Source: Catajapyx aquilonaris
Taxonomy: Eukaryota
Direction: 5' to 3'
Assembly: GCA_000934665.2 (NCBI GenBank)
Contig: JYFJ02002638.1
Coordinates: forward strand, 1 to 53,421
DNA: 53,421 bases
Part shown: in pieces, positions 10,761 through 22,505 of the stretch
How positions within the stretch are numbered: position 1 is the first letter of the stretch
Layout of the letters: each line of letters opens with the position of its first letter
The notes under the pieces: generated by a model
Told to the model about the DNA's origin: nothing
The model's database searches: none
Seen by the model: the letters and a program-made list of their open reading frames with translations, nothing else
Made by a program: the position numbers and the translations under genes

Positions 10761-11394
10761 TGACGTGTTGCAATAACCTCACTGGTGCGATTTTAAATAA
10801 TATTTTTCCGTAGTGAAACATTGGGTTGCAGGTGTCTGAAGTGCCCCTCATCTTCGCTGGTTGCCATTAATAAGTATGTATGTCGTAAAGTGGTGAATTA
10901 ATTAGTGTTGCTGGTTGTAATTATTACACAAAGGCGTATGTTCAGCATAAAAAATTAAAGAAAATATTGCTCTTCCCCCAAGACATAATTGCCAATGAAA
11001 GTGTTAAATCGGTATGTAAGAAAATAATTTTTTTTCGTGTGATTATGGAATGATACCTTAAATAAATTTGTCAAACAAAATGAACTACTGTAGCTACTGA
11101 CAAAATTCCTTCGGGCGAAGTATTACATATGCAGCATTGCCATATTTGGATAAATTCTATTAAGCCAGCTTGATTAGAAGGCAAATGACAAATTGTTTCA
11201 CTGAGAAGCCCTTATTTTCTCTCTAAAAATTATAGAAACCTTTCACATTACAGGCACTATTATCTGAGTTCACAAAATCTACTCTAATTGCTATAAGGTC
11301 GAACTCAAATGATCTGTACGGGGCTTCTCACAAGTAAATAATTGAGCTCTCTACGTCCCATAATACAGAAAGAACTTCTAACGACTACACTGCA

Positions 11395-11584
11395 AGCATG
11401 GTGTAATCTCATCAGCTGTGACTCGTCACAGCACGCGCTGAAGCATCACGTAACACTAACTTCCTAAACCTTGAATTTTTTTTGTTCCTTTTATACGATT
11501 ATGTGACTCCGCAAGCCTTCCAGTCGCCATTTACCTGCTGACTTGAACAGAAGTTCCGAAGGTAGTACTCATCAACAGGTATGT
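11395..11584 (+). promoter_or_regulatory. Putative promoter/first-exon module of copy 5 (donor at 11579)
   Basis: Close homolog of 4567-4749; ends CATCAACAG|GTATGT. Confidence 0.6.
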
Positions 11585-12498
11585 GCAATTAAATACCATA
11601 ATGCAAAAGGAGACTATAGGTGGTTCTAATCTAGGGCACACCATGATTCACAATTTACAGAGACACACTTTTTCCCATATGAAAATAGGAATTTCTGACA
11701 TTTACAGGTGTACAAATCGTAATCGTTGTTCTTAACAATTATTTGATTGGATTATTAGATTGGAATGAAGTTAATATTTTTGCAAACTTTGTCACAGGGC
11801 AGGCCAGGAAAAGCAGGATAGGTCAAAGTTGTAAGGCGGTGCTCCTGGTATGGGACTCATAGTATTACGGAACTGAATATTTATTGTCCTGAAAAATGTC
11901 CTGTTCATAAAGGGGCAACCTACATTGATAATAAATAAGCATGCTTGTGACTGTTATCAATAGAGAATCGACCTTCTGCTCAGGCAGGAGCAGATGTGAA
12001 AGTAGAAAGCTTCAGCCTAATAAAGTCCGCTGTATTATTATTTCCTCTTTTATTGAGGGGCATGAGGGGAATATGGCACCGGGAAATGGATGGCATGTTG
12101 ATGGCATCATGAATGCAGAACGTTGTGGTCGGGTGAAGTGAGTAGGATGGGATCATTCAGATGAGCCACTACCTTATTGACTGTGTGATAAACTTCTGTT
12201 ATACTTAACAATGTGATGCACCTATTATCGTAAAACTGTATATAATTACTGTATAGGTTTGCCATAGGTACGACGAGAGCAGATCTATTGAACATTTTTG
12301 TTGTTTCATACCGTATGCCATTCCAATGAAAAAAAGTTTATGTAAGACCGGGGTCAGAGGTCCAGTCTGGTGTAATGTGGGTAACGAATAATTCCATATA
12401 AATGCACTTGTTAGTAATTTAATTTTTATGCGAGGAATGCAATGGTGTGTAGTGTATACATACCTATTTCACATATTTATTTTTGCAGAGGTCAGACA

Positions 12499-13782
12499 AT
12501 GGCGAACCAAAGCAATGGCGATACAACAACACCAACTCGAATAACCGAAGAACTCCTGAAGGATTCCGTGAAGAAGGCAACCGGGTCAGAAGACGTGGAC
12601 ATCATCAGCTTCACCTCCAAGCCAGCCATACCAAAAGGGCATAACTTCACCAGCTCCATTCTCGCAGTCGACGTCGAAGCCAAGGTTGGAGGCAGCCAGG
12701 AGACGAAGACGTTCAACTTCATTATAAAAGAGGCTCCCTTTGACAACGCATGGCTCCAAGTCCTGAAGGAGGTTGACATATTTGTGAAGGAAATCAAGGT
12801 GTACACCGACATGCTTCCTGCCTTGGTAGATGTACAGAGTCAATATGGGGTGAAGGACCCTGTAGTGGTGGAGGCCCCAGGTTTTTACTCTTCTCTTAAG
12901 CATCCTACATGCCTGGTGTTTGAGAATCTTGCTCTGCAGGGATACAGAATTGGAGACAAGAGAGGAGGCCTGGATTACGACCACTGCCGTCTTGTCATTA
13001 AAGAAGTGGCCAAATTGCACAGCTTGTCTTACGCACTCAAAATTCGAACCGGCAAGTCCCTGAAAACTCTGTTTCCCTATCTGAAGGACATGTTTGAGGA
13101 GAGTGCAGATACCCAGAAGATTTTTACAACTATGATGAATAACTCATACGACTCGGCCATCAATGCGATGGAAATCTTTGACCCAAAGTTGGCCAGTAAA
13201 ATGAAAAGTATAGCCGGAAAGACTTTTGAAATCTCTGAAAAAATCCTCAAAGACACCGAAGGATTCGAGTTGATAAGTCACTCCGATCTAGGGATTCACA
13301 ACATGATGTTCAAGTACGAAAAGCAAGGAGACGTCGAGGTTCCAGTGGCGGTGAAGCTCCTGGACTTCCAGATAGTTCGTGTTGTCCATCCATCAGTGGA
13401 CCTGAACCTGTTCCTCTACCCAAGCGCCAAACCTGATGTCCGTCGAAATCACCTTCATGACCTCCTGAAATTCTACCACGACACATTTGTTGCCACACTG
13501 AGCTCCATGGGTCTGGAATGTCCTGAATTCACATTTGAACGTCTTCAGAATAAGTTCCACAAGGACAGTCTCTTCGGGTTATTCTACGGCTGCATTGCAC
13601 TTCCCATCCTCATGGCCGCCCCTGAAGACGCCTTGGATAGCGAGGGAATGAAGGAAGGCAATGTGGGAGAAGACTTCGCCGAGAGAATAAGTGGAGCAGC
13701 CACCAAATTGCACAACAACAAGGTGTACCGAAGTAGATTGACATCAATTGTCCAGGAGATACACGACGTTGGACTAATTTGA
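12499..13782 (+). CDS. EcKL kinase copy 5
   Basis: ATG 12499 after acceptor tttttgcag; HSDLGIHN, DFQ; most similar to copies 3 and 7. Confidence 0.95.
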   Translation: MANQSNGDTTTPTRITEELLKDSVKKATGSEDVDIISFTSKPAIPKGHNFTSSILAVDVEAKVGGSQETKTFNFIIKEAPFDNAWLQVLKEVDIFVKEIKVYTDMLPALVDVQSQYGVKDPVVVEAPGFYSSLKHPTCLVFENLALQGYRIGDKRGGLDYDHCRLVIKEVAKLHSLSYALKIRTGKSLKTLFPYLKDMFEESADTQKIFTTMMNNSYDSAINAMEIFDPKLASKMKSIAGKTFEISEKILKDTEGFELISHSDLGIHNMMFKYEKQGDVEVPVAVKLLDFQIVRVVHPSVDLNLFLYPSAKPDVRRNHLHDLLKFYHDTFVATLSSMGLECPEFTFERLQNKFHKDSLFGLFYGCIALPILMAAPEDALDSEGMKEGNVGEDFAERISGAATKLHNNKVYRSRLTSIVQEIHDVGLI

Positions 13783-14661
13783 GTAGTTGTTGTAAATACA
13801 TCTCTGATGCATTGTAAACGTCTTTTTATACGGTATAAGTTTAGTACCGGTACATTACCACATCACCCATAACAGTATTTGCTGTCCGTTGACAACTTTT
13901 CCTCCAGGCTGTTTGTCTTGTTTCATTTACTATTAAATGTATAACAATTTGGAAAACAAGATATTTTTGGCTATATCTAGTTTCGTTCTTATTAAAACTA
14001 CAATTATTTATACCATTTACTTTTTCTTCGTACAGTTCATTTGTTATTTTAGACACGTATTTTACAGTACCTATTACTCGCTGGATTGTCCCACATCACT
14101 GCTTACCCCGTCCTGGTGAGAAGGTGAGATTTATTTAACTAAAGTGTTGCTACCTGTAGTAGTTGTAATCATGACGCCAAAGTGAACGTTTAGCAAACAT
14201 GTCTTTGAAATTAATACACATTTTCGTCCAAAACATGATTTAAATCGGTATATGCATAATTATGAAAATGAATATTATTTTCATATGAGTAAGTACAGTA
14301 CTTGTAATAGCCTACTGTTAGATTAAATAAATTCGTCGAACAAATAATTCTCTTTTCTGACAAAATGCCTTTGGGCGAAGTATTACATACTGGTAGATAG
14401 GATTGCCATCATTGAATAAATATGCCATTAAGCAGCTTGATTAACACATAAATGACAAATAATGTTACTGAGACGTGCTCATTTGCTCCTTAAAGTAAAT
14501 TGAACCCGTTCATATTACAGGCACTATTGACTGATAGTGAGTTCACAAAATCTATGCTAATTGAAATAACATAGCGAACGCAAACGGGCCTTCTTACATA
14601 ATAATGTTTTAGCTTTACGCGGGCCATTCTATAGGCGGAAGAACATTTTCACCAAGCTAAA

Positions 14662-14852
14662 AGCATGAGGTAATCTGATCAACTACGACGTGTTGCACCA
14701 CATGTTGTACCATCACGCAATACTTGCGAAACCTTGACCACTTTCGAGTTCCGTTTATCATTCGCCGCTTCCTTCGCCGCGCAAGCAATCCAGTCGTCAT
14801 TCACCGTGTGATTTGAACTGAGGTCTCAGGCAGTGCTCATCAAGAGGTATGT
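14662..14852 (+). promoter_or_regulatory. Putative promoter/first-exon module of copy 6 (donor at 14847)
   Basis: Close homolog of 8840-9017; ends CATCAAGAG|GTATGT. Confidence 0.6.
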
Positions 14853-15330
14853 ACAAATTATTAAAATAGCATAATGCAAATGTAGCGTAAAAACAAAGAT
14901 TTAAATTAAAAACAAGTACATGCCATGATACTCACTATTTATACAAACTTACTGTTTACTATTTACACACTTGTATAAGGAAGAACTGACATTTCTACAT
15001 GTTGAAGCCTTTGAACCAAGAATAGGTTTTCTGATCGCGGGGTGAGAATACTGTACAAGGTTATAACTCATTGATTTTCATTGCAGTTGCGACCTTGTAT
15101 TTCTCCTCCCGCGTTATAGCTTATAGTAAACCTATTTAATTTCTTAATGTTAAACACTCTATGTCACTCCATAAAATATGTAGAGTACATAGGAACAACG
15201 CCACTGTTCCACTGTGTTATATTGTGCGAAATCACTAATTACATTTTAATGTATCTATTTGTATTTTAATATTTTTACTGCAAGGAATGCCACGTAACTA
15301 TTTTCCACATTTTCTAAAACAAGTCAGATA

Positions 15331-16614
15331 ATGGCAGAGCCCAGCAGTGGCGATGTAACTCCACCAACAAGAATAACCGAAGATCTCCTGAAGGATTCCG
15401 TGAAGAAGGCAACCGGGTCAGGAGACGTGGGCATCCTGGGCTTCACATCCAAGTCAGGCATACCAAAAGGGCACAACTTCTCAAGCTCTATTCTCGCAGT
15501 CGACGTTGAAGCCAAGGTTGGAGGCAGCAAGGAGACCAAGACATTCCACTTCATTATAAAGGAGGCTCCCTTTGACAACGCATGGCTCCAACTCTTGGAG
15601 GAGGTTGACATATTTGTGAAGGAAATCAATGTGTACACCGATATGCTTCCTGCATTGGCAGATGTGCAGCGTCAATACGGGGTGAAGGACCCTGTGGTGG
15701 TGGAGGCCCCAGGATTTTACTCCTCTATGAAGCATCCTACCTGCCTGGTGTTTGAAAATCTTGCTCTGCAGGGATACAGACTTGGAGACAAGAGAGGAGG
15801 ATTGGACTACAACCACTGTCGCCTGGTAATGAAAGAAGTGGCCAAATTGCACAGCTTGTCTTACGCCCTCAAAATTCGAACCGGCAAACCACTGAGGACT
15901 CTGTTTCCATATCTGAATGATATTTTTCATGACGGAATAAAGACAAGAAACATGATGCAAACTATGGTGGATAACTCATACGACACGGCCATCAATGCAA
16001 TGGAAATATTCGATCCAATCTTGGCCACTAAAATGCAAAGTATAACCGGGAAGGCCTTTGATACCCTTTACAAGATTGTACAAGACACGGAAGGCGTCGA
16101 GTTGATAATCCACTCCGATCTCGTGCTGCAAAACATGCTTTTCAAGTACGAAAAGCAAGGTGACATCGAGGTTCCAGTGTCTGTCAAGCTCCTGGACTTC
16201 CAGGATGTTCGTGTGGCCAATCCCTCTGTAGACCTGAATATGTTCCTGTACACAAGCGCTACTGTCGAAACCCGTCGAAATCATTTACAAGACCTCCTGA
16301 AATTCTACCACGACACATTCGTCGGCACCCTACGCTCCATGGGCCTGGAATATCCCGAATTCACATTTGAACGTCTCCAGAAGAAGTTCCACAAGGACAG
16401 CCTCTTCGGGTTAGTGTTTGGCTGCCTGGATTTACCCGTCCTCATGGCCGCCCCTGAAGACGCTGTAGACGTAGACGGAATGACAGAAGACAATATGGGA
16501 GAAGAGTTCGCCGAGAGAATAAGTGGAGCGTCCACCAAGTTGCACAACGACAAGGTGTACAGAAGTCGATTGACATCACTAGTGCAGGAGATACACGAAG
16601 TTGGACTTATTTGA
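15331..16614 (+). CDS. EcKL kinase copy 6
   Basis: 427-aa ORF; HSDLVLQN, DFQ; most similar to copy 4. Confidence 0.95.
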   Translation: MAEPSSGDVTPPTRITEDLLKDSVKKATGSGDVGILGFTSKSGIPKGHNFSSSILAVDVEAKVGGSKETKTFHFIIKEAPFDNAWLQLLEEVDIFVKEINVYTDMLPALADVQRQYGVKDPVVVEAPGFYSSMKHPTCLVFENLALQGYRLGDKRGGLDYNHCRLVMKEVAKLHSLSYALKIRTGKPLRTLFPYLNDIFHDGIKTRNMMQTMVDNSYDTAINAMEIFDPILATKMQSITGKAFDTLYKIVQDTEGVELIIHSDLVLQNMLFKYEKQGDIEVPVSVKLLDFQDVRVANPSVDLNMFLYTSATVETRRNHLQDLLKFYHDTFVGTLRSMGLEYPEFTFERLQKKFHKDSLFGLVFGCLDLPVLMAAPEDAVDVDGMTEDNMGEEFAERISGASTKLHNDKVYRSRLTSLVQEIHEVGLI

Positions 16615-17183
16615 CGACATGTTTCAGTAACTTCCCTGGTGTATTTGTAATTGTCTTTTTTCCGGCAAGTGTTGTGCACAGAATGATGAGAATAAACAAA
16701 GTCATGAAATGACGTTATGTTCGTTTGATCGCGAGACCTCCCGAGACCTCCCGAGACCACTTGATTCTGTATCACCCAAGCACCCCACATCATTTCCCTC
16801 CGTATATATACATATCTGGGCTATTTGGTAGATCTTTGATGTAAGGTAATTTACTTTTAAATTTGTCATAAATTGCCAAAATTGTTTGGAATGGTTCGAT
16901 TTTATTTATTGAAACTATTTTGTTTCATAAACAGCGGTTTCTCTAAGTTTATTTAATATTTTTAAGCATATCTCGAGTGTCCTACATCACTGACAATCCA
17001 GTATTATATAGTGAGGAATTGGGCCGCAGGTGTGTGGAGTCTCACTCATCTTTGTTGGTTGCCACTAATAAGTATAATTATGTCGTAATAAAGTGGGGAA
17101 TTAATGAAAGTGTTGCTAATTATTACGTAAAGGTGTAGGCTCTATATAGACAAAATTTAAAGATAATAAAGCTCTTCGCCCAA

Positions 17184-17855
17184 GCAGCGGATACAGGCCT
17201 ATCATCGGCCGATACAGCCATATATTCAGCGGATACACGCCTATGTTCAGCCTATTCTTTACCATATACATGCCTAGAGCCTAGGAGAGTAGCTATGAAA
17301 GTACGGGGATTCCAGTAACTAATTTGTAGGCCTATTCCTTGGTCAGCAGGTGCCCTTATGCCAATTTTACATCTTATTGCACAGATATGGCCGAAGGACC
17401 CATCACTTTGTAGGGTATTTGGCCCAATTCATGTTAAAACGAGCTCATCCGGATAATCTCCAGCGGATGCATCATTTCTTGCAAGCTGTTGCCTCATATG
17501 TATCCACCCAACCCACAATAAGGTACGTGGAATCTGGGAAACGTATCGTTAGAATAGACAGTACCGTATCGACACAAAATACAGTCGCCCTGTCGCCAGC
17601 AAGATCCCCAGCACATCCCCAGACAGCGCCCCTAACCCGCAATAGTATCGATCAGTGTGCTACCATGGGTATACATCATGGCCGTCGCAAAGCGGAATCG
17701 GATGCTGCGCGTTTGGTTAAAATGTCTGTAACTTCGGTTCTACACGGTCGTTTGAGTTCAAATGGCTTTTCCGCCACTCGGAGAAAGTCAGCACTCCTAT
17801 GCACTCAGTTCAACAGTAAGTACCACCGCGAACGCTGTAGGCCGCGGCCCCTTAA
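17184..17855. mobile_element. Unclassified foreign segment, probably a DNA-transposon fragment
   Basis: GC-richer than its surroundings, with short CGGATACA repeats at the left and ...GCGGCCCCTTAA at the right. Homology to paralogous spacers stops at CTTCGCCCAAG and resumes at TTTTCCCATATGAAA. Confidence 0.4.
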
Positions 17856-18725
17856 CCTAGATAATTACCGTTTTCCCATATGAAAGGAGGAACTGGCATT
17901 TCGATATTGTGTAGCATAACAACGTTAATGTTGACCATAATTATGTATTCCTATCGTAACAATTACATGGGAATGAAGCTGACCTTTCTGAAAGCTTTGT
18001 TACAGCCTTACAGGGCATGCCAGGAAAAGTAGGATAGGGCAAGGTTGTCGGGCGGTTATTCCCCTGGTCTGGGACTTCCGGTATTGCACAGCGGACTATT
18101 TCTTGTCCTGAACTATCTTGTTCATAATGGGGCAACCTCCATTGATAACACTATGAAATACGATATTTGTCCACGAAAATTTATTACAATTTCAATCCTT
18201 AGGTCCTTCGTTACACAATGACCATCCATTTTGTCTGGAATTTGGTTTTGAAAAAGGGGAAATTCCGAATCAAGTGGCGGAAATGTTGCTAGACAATTAC
18301 TTAGGAGATTTTTAATGAACTACTGTAGCCTACATAGTGTATATCGCTATGAATAAGTTTAATAAAACATAAATAAAATTTATCATAGGTTTTGGTTGTC
18401 TTCTGAATAAATTATGTTACCAGCATATCGCTTTGATTGCAAGACATATTGACATTTTTTCAGACCTTTATTCCTATTTTTAGATTTTCGTGATACACGG
18501 ATATAAATCTGCGCTGCGATAATCGGGAATATAGTGTACTGCTCCTATACCCCCACTATAGTGTCACTGTCAGTGGCAGAAGTGCATTTGCTGAGAAAAC
18601 AGCAGAAAAAACACAGTCTTCATCCGGAACGATGCAATACTATAAAATCGGGAGAAGATAGATTAAATTTCTGAACCTTATATAACTATTTTCCATATTA
18701 TATTTTTGCAGATTGAAGTCAGAAC

Positions 18726-20009
18726 ATGGCGAACCAAAGCAATGGCGATGCAACACCACCAACCAGAATAACCGAAGAACTCCTGAAGGAATCCGTCAAG
18801 AAGGCCATCGGAGAAGAAGACGTGGAAATCCTCGGCTTCACCTCCAAGTCAGCCATACCAAAAGGGCATAACTTCACCAGCTCCATTCTTGCAGTCGACG
18901 TTGAAGCTAAGGTTGGAGGCTGCAAGGAGACGAAGACATTCAACTTCATTATAAAGGAGGCACCGTTTGACAACGCATGGCTCCAAGTCCTGCAGGAATG
19001 GGACGTTTTTGTGAGGGAAATCAAGGTGTACACCGAGATGCTTCCTGCTTTGGTAGATGTGCAGCGTGAATACGGGGTGAAGGACCCTGTGGTGGTGGAG
19101 GCCCCAGGATTTTACTCTTCTCTGAAACATCCTACCTGCCTGGTGTTTGAAAATCTTGCTCTGCAGGGATACAGACTTGGAGACATGAGAGGAGGATTGG
19201 ACTACAACCACTGTCGCCTGGTCATTAAGGAAGCGGCCAAATTACACAGCCTATCTTACGCCCTTAAAATTCGAACCGGTAAGCCCCTGACGACTTTGTT
19301 TCCATATCTGAAAGACATGTTTGAGGGGAGTGCAGATTCAAAGAAAAATGTTGAAACTATGATGAATAATTCGTACGACTCGGCCATCAACGCAATGGAA
19401 ATCTTTGACCCAACCTTGGCCACTAAAATGAGAAGCATTGCCGGAAAAACTTCGGAAATCTCTGACAAAATCACTGAAGACACCGAGGGTTTCGATTTGA
19501 TAAGTCACTCCGATCTCGGGATTCGCAACATGATGTTCAAGTACGAAAAGCAAGGAGACGTCGAGGTGCCAGTGGCGGTGAAGCTCCTGGACTTCCAGGT
19601 AGTTCGTGTGCTTCATCCATCAGTGGACCTGAACCTGATCCTCTACCCAAGCGCCAAACCTGATGTCCGCCGCAATCACCTGCAAGACCTCCTGAAATTC
19701 TACCACGACACATTTGTTGGCACCCTTGGCTCAATGGGTCAGGAATGTCCCGAATTCACATTTGAACGTCTTCAGAAGAAGTTCCACAAGGACAGCCTCT
19801 TCGGGTTATTCTACAGCTGCATTGTATTTCCCATCCTCATGGCAGCCCCTGAAGACGCCTTGGATAGCGACGGAATGAAGGAAGGAAATGTGGGAGAAGA
19901 CTTCGCCGAGAGAATAAGTGGATCAGCCACCAAATTGCACAACGACAAGGAGTATCGGAGTAGATTGATATCACTCGTGCAGGATATACACGATGTCGGA
20001 CTCATTTGA
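18726..20009 (+). CDS. EcKL kinase copy 7
   Basis: 427-aa ORF; HSDLGIRN, DFQ. Confidence 0.94.
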   Translation: MANQSNGDATPPTRITEELLKESVKKAIGEEDVEILGFTSKSAIPKGHNFTSSILAVDVEAKVGGCKETKTFNFIIKEAPFDNAWLQVLQEWDVFVREIKVYTEMLPALVDVQREYGVKDPVVVEAPGFYSSLKHPTCLVFENLALQGYRLGDMRGGLDYNHCRLVIKEAAKLHSLSYALKIRTGKPLTTLFPYLKDMFEGSADSKKNVETMMNNSYDSAINAMEIFDPTLATKMRSIAGKTSEISDKITEDTEGFDLISHSDLGIRNMMFKYEKQGDVEVPVAVKLLDFQVVRVLHPSVDLNLILYPSAKPDVRRNHLQDLLKFYHDTFVGTLGSMGQECPEFTFERLQKKFHKDSLFGLFYSCIVFPILMAAPEDALDSDGMKEGNVGEDFAERISGSATKLHNDKEYRSRLISLVQDIHDVGLI

Positions 20010-20716
20010 GTGGCTGTTACAAATATTTCACTGATGCATTGTAATCGTCTTTTTCTGCATGTGTTGTACACCACATGACGAGAATGAACAAAGTCATGAT
20101 AATATAAAGATACCTGCACTTGGTTCGGTATATGTTTAGTACAGTATACCACATCACCCATACCAGTATTGTTTTGCTACCCTCCCGGCTCTTAAAACGT
20201 TCCATTTACTATTAAATGTATAACAAATTGCCAAGTAATTTTTGGAAATATCGAGGTTCTTTTTTATTAAAACATTTCATTGCCGGATTGTTGATTCGTA
20301 AATTATATTTATTATTTTAAGCATATTTGACTACTTCCTGGAGTGTCCCACGTCACTGATTACCATGTCCTGGTGAGAAGGTGAGATGAATTTAACTGAA
20401 GTGTTGCTAGTTGTAATTATCGTACAAAAGCGAACATTTAGCAAAACCTTTTTTGAAAGATAATACACCTTTTCACCCAAGTTCTAGCAACAATAAAATA
20501 TTTTACAAGCCAGTTCAACGATCATATTGCTCAAAGCAAATATTTTTTCACGTGCAGTAAGATAGCCTATCTGCTGATGAGGTTTCTTGATATTGAATGA
20601 TAACTGTTAGTATCACGCACGTTAGCCAACATCATCCTTCACTTTTTTCCATTATTCTCGTGTGGAATCGTTGGGAAATATCCATTGAAGTTACCTCCAT
20701 TTTGTTTGTGTCCAGC

Positions 20717-21982
20717 ATGGCAAGTCATGGCGATTCTATAGAAGTGACTGTCAATCATCCAATCAACCAGGAGCTTCTTGAAGACGCAGTTAAGTTAGAA
20801 AGTGGTTCAAGTGACTCAGAAGTAGTTGAATTTACCATCAAACCAGGGTCCAAAAAGGGGGATAACTACGCCAGCACCATAAACGCAGTGGATGTCCAAG
20901 CAAAGGTCGAAGGTCAGGTCAAAACATACCACTTCATCGTGAAGCAGATTCCGCCTGATCCAACATGGCAGAAATTTATCGCAGAAGGAAACCTGTTCAC
21001 TAAGGAAATACAAGTGTACAGCATGTTGATCCCAGCAATGATGAACCTGCAAGGTCAGCTAGGAGTCAATGACCCAATGACCATTGATGCCCCTGCTTTT
21101 TACTCCTCCATGAAGCAACCAAACATCCTCGTGTTTGAAAATCTGGCTCACTTGGGATACAAAATGGGCGACAGGTACATTGGATTGGACTTTGACCATT
21201 CCAGCCTGGTTATGGAAGCCCTGGGAAAGTTCCATAGCTTATCTTATGCCCTGAAAGTGCAAACGGGTAAGTCTTTGGACACCCAGTTTCCGTTCCTGGA
21301 CGAGGTCACTTTTGGTCCTAAAATGGAGGCAGTGTTTGGACCCGCCATGAACAACTCATACGAATCTGCAATTAAAGTAATGAGAGCTGTCGACAATGAA
21401 CTGGCAGAAAAGATGTCAACTTTCTCAGGAAGGGCGTACCAGGTCAGCAGGGACATCAGGTACAACACAGGCGGATTGGACTTTGTGGCTCACGGAGACT
21501 GTTGGGTAAACAACATGCTTTTCAAATACGACAATCAAGTTCCGGTGTCCATCAAACTTCTGGATTTTCAAGTTGTTCGGGTGTGCTCTCCAACAATAGA
21601 CCTCTGCCATTTTATATACACCAGCACTACCTCAGATGTCCGTCGAAATCGTCTTAAAGACCTGCTCAAATTGTACCACGATTCTTTTACTGCCACCCTT
21701 CAGACCATGGGCCTTGAATTTCGAGAGTTCACGTATCAGCGTCTGTGTGAGAAGTTTAAAGAGGACCGTCTTATCGGGTACTTCTATGCATTCATGTTTC
21801 TGCCGGTCATTTTGGCTCGCCCTGAAGACATTGTTAGAACGGATGATATGAAGAAAGGTGACGTGGGACAAGACTTTTCGAAGCGAATTGACAGTAATGT
21901 GGACAAACTAAAAAACAATCTGAATTTCACAGATCGTCTAAAAGAAATTGTACAGGATATGCAACATGATGGATATATTTAA
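20717..21982 (+). CDS. EcKL kinase copy 8
   Basis: ATG 20717 after acceptor-like tttgtgtccag; canonical GSKKGDNY, HGDCWVNN, DFQ. Confidence 0.95.
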   Translation: MASHGDSIEVTVNHPINQELLEDAVKLESGSSDSEVVEFTIKPGSKKGDNYASTINAVDVQAKVEGQVKTYHFIVKQIPPDPTWQKFIAEGNLFTKEIQVYSMLIPAMMNLQGQLGVNDPMTIDAPAFYSSMKQPNILVFENLAHLGYKMGDRYIGLDFDHSSLVMEALGKFHSLSYALKVQTGKSLDTQFPFLDEVTFGPKMEAVFGPAMNNSYESAIKVMRAVDNELAEKMSTFSGRAYQVSRDIRYNTGGLDFVAHGDCWVNNMLFKYDNQVPVSIKLLDFQVVRVCSPTIDLCHFIYTSTTSDVRRNRLKDLLKLYHDSFTATLQTMGLEFREFTYQRLCEKFKEDRLIGYFYAFMFLPVILARPEDIVRTDDMKKGDVGQDFSKRIDSNVDKLKNNLNFTDRLKEIVQDMQHDGYI

Positions 21983-22505
21983 CCGTGCCTGCAAGTCCTT
22001 GTTGTTGGGTAATGGGTATTATTAAGAGTTTCTGTTCTACACAAATTTTCGTGCCGAAGTATTACTGTCATTAGATCCAAAATTTGCGCCAGGCAATAAA
22101 ATTCATGGTGTTAATTATGATTGGTTCAGCTAATAAATGTGCAAACTTCACAATAAGACGTACTTATTAAGATATCATAAATTTTAAATAAATGACACAA
22201 TGAGTCGTGTAATAATAATCAAAGCATTAAATCATTGGTTACTTTAGGCACCTGCATGGATATAAAAAATTCAGCCTTTTATAAAGTGCAATAATAAATT
22301 ATGTTACATGATGACCATGGAGGTGTTTCGTAACTGAACAGCACTTCTGATTGGATTACATTCAGCAGCCTTGAAAGTAGTATAGGCTAGTGCAGCACTT
22401 GAGTTCTGGCGTCCTACGAGATAGCACCTGAAAAACAGCTCACTCTTTAAGTTGTTCTATTCGATAGTTTAAAATTCTCCACTCTCTGTGACTTACATCA
22501 TTTCC

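Noticed and set aside
16732..16758. Short 10-bp tandem repeat (CGAGACCTCC, ~2.7 units) after copy 6
   Set aside because: A small slippage duplication with no evidence of function.
17350..17883. 177-aa ORF as a novel gene or transposase
   Set aside because: GTG start, no recognisable motifs, and it lies within a probable TE fragment; BLASTx would be needed to revisit it.
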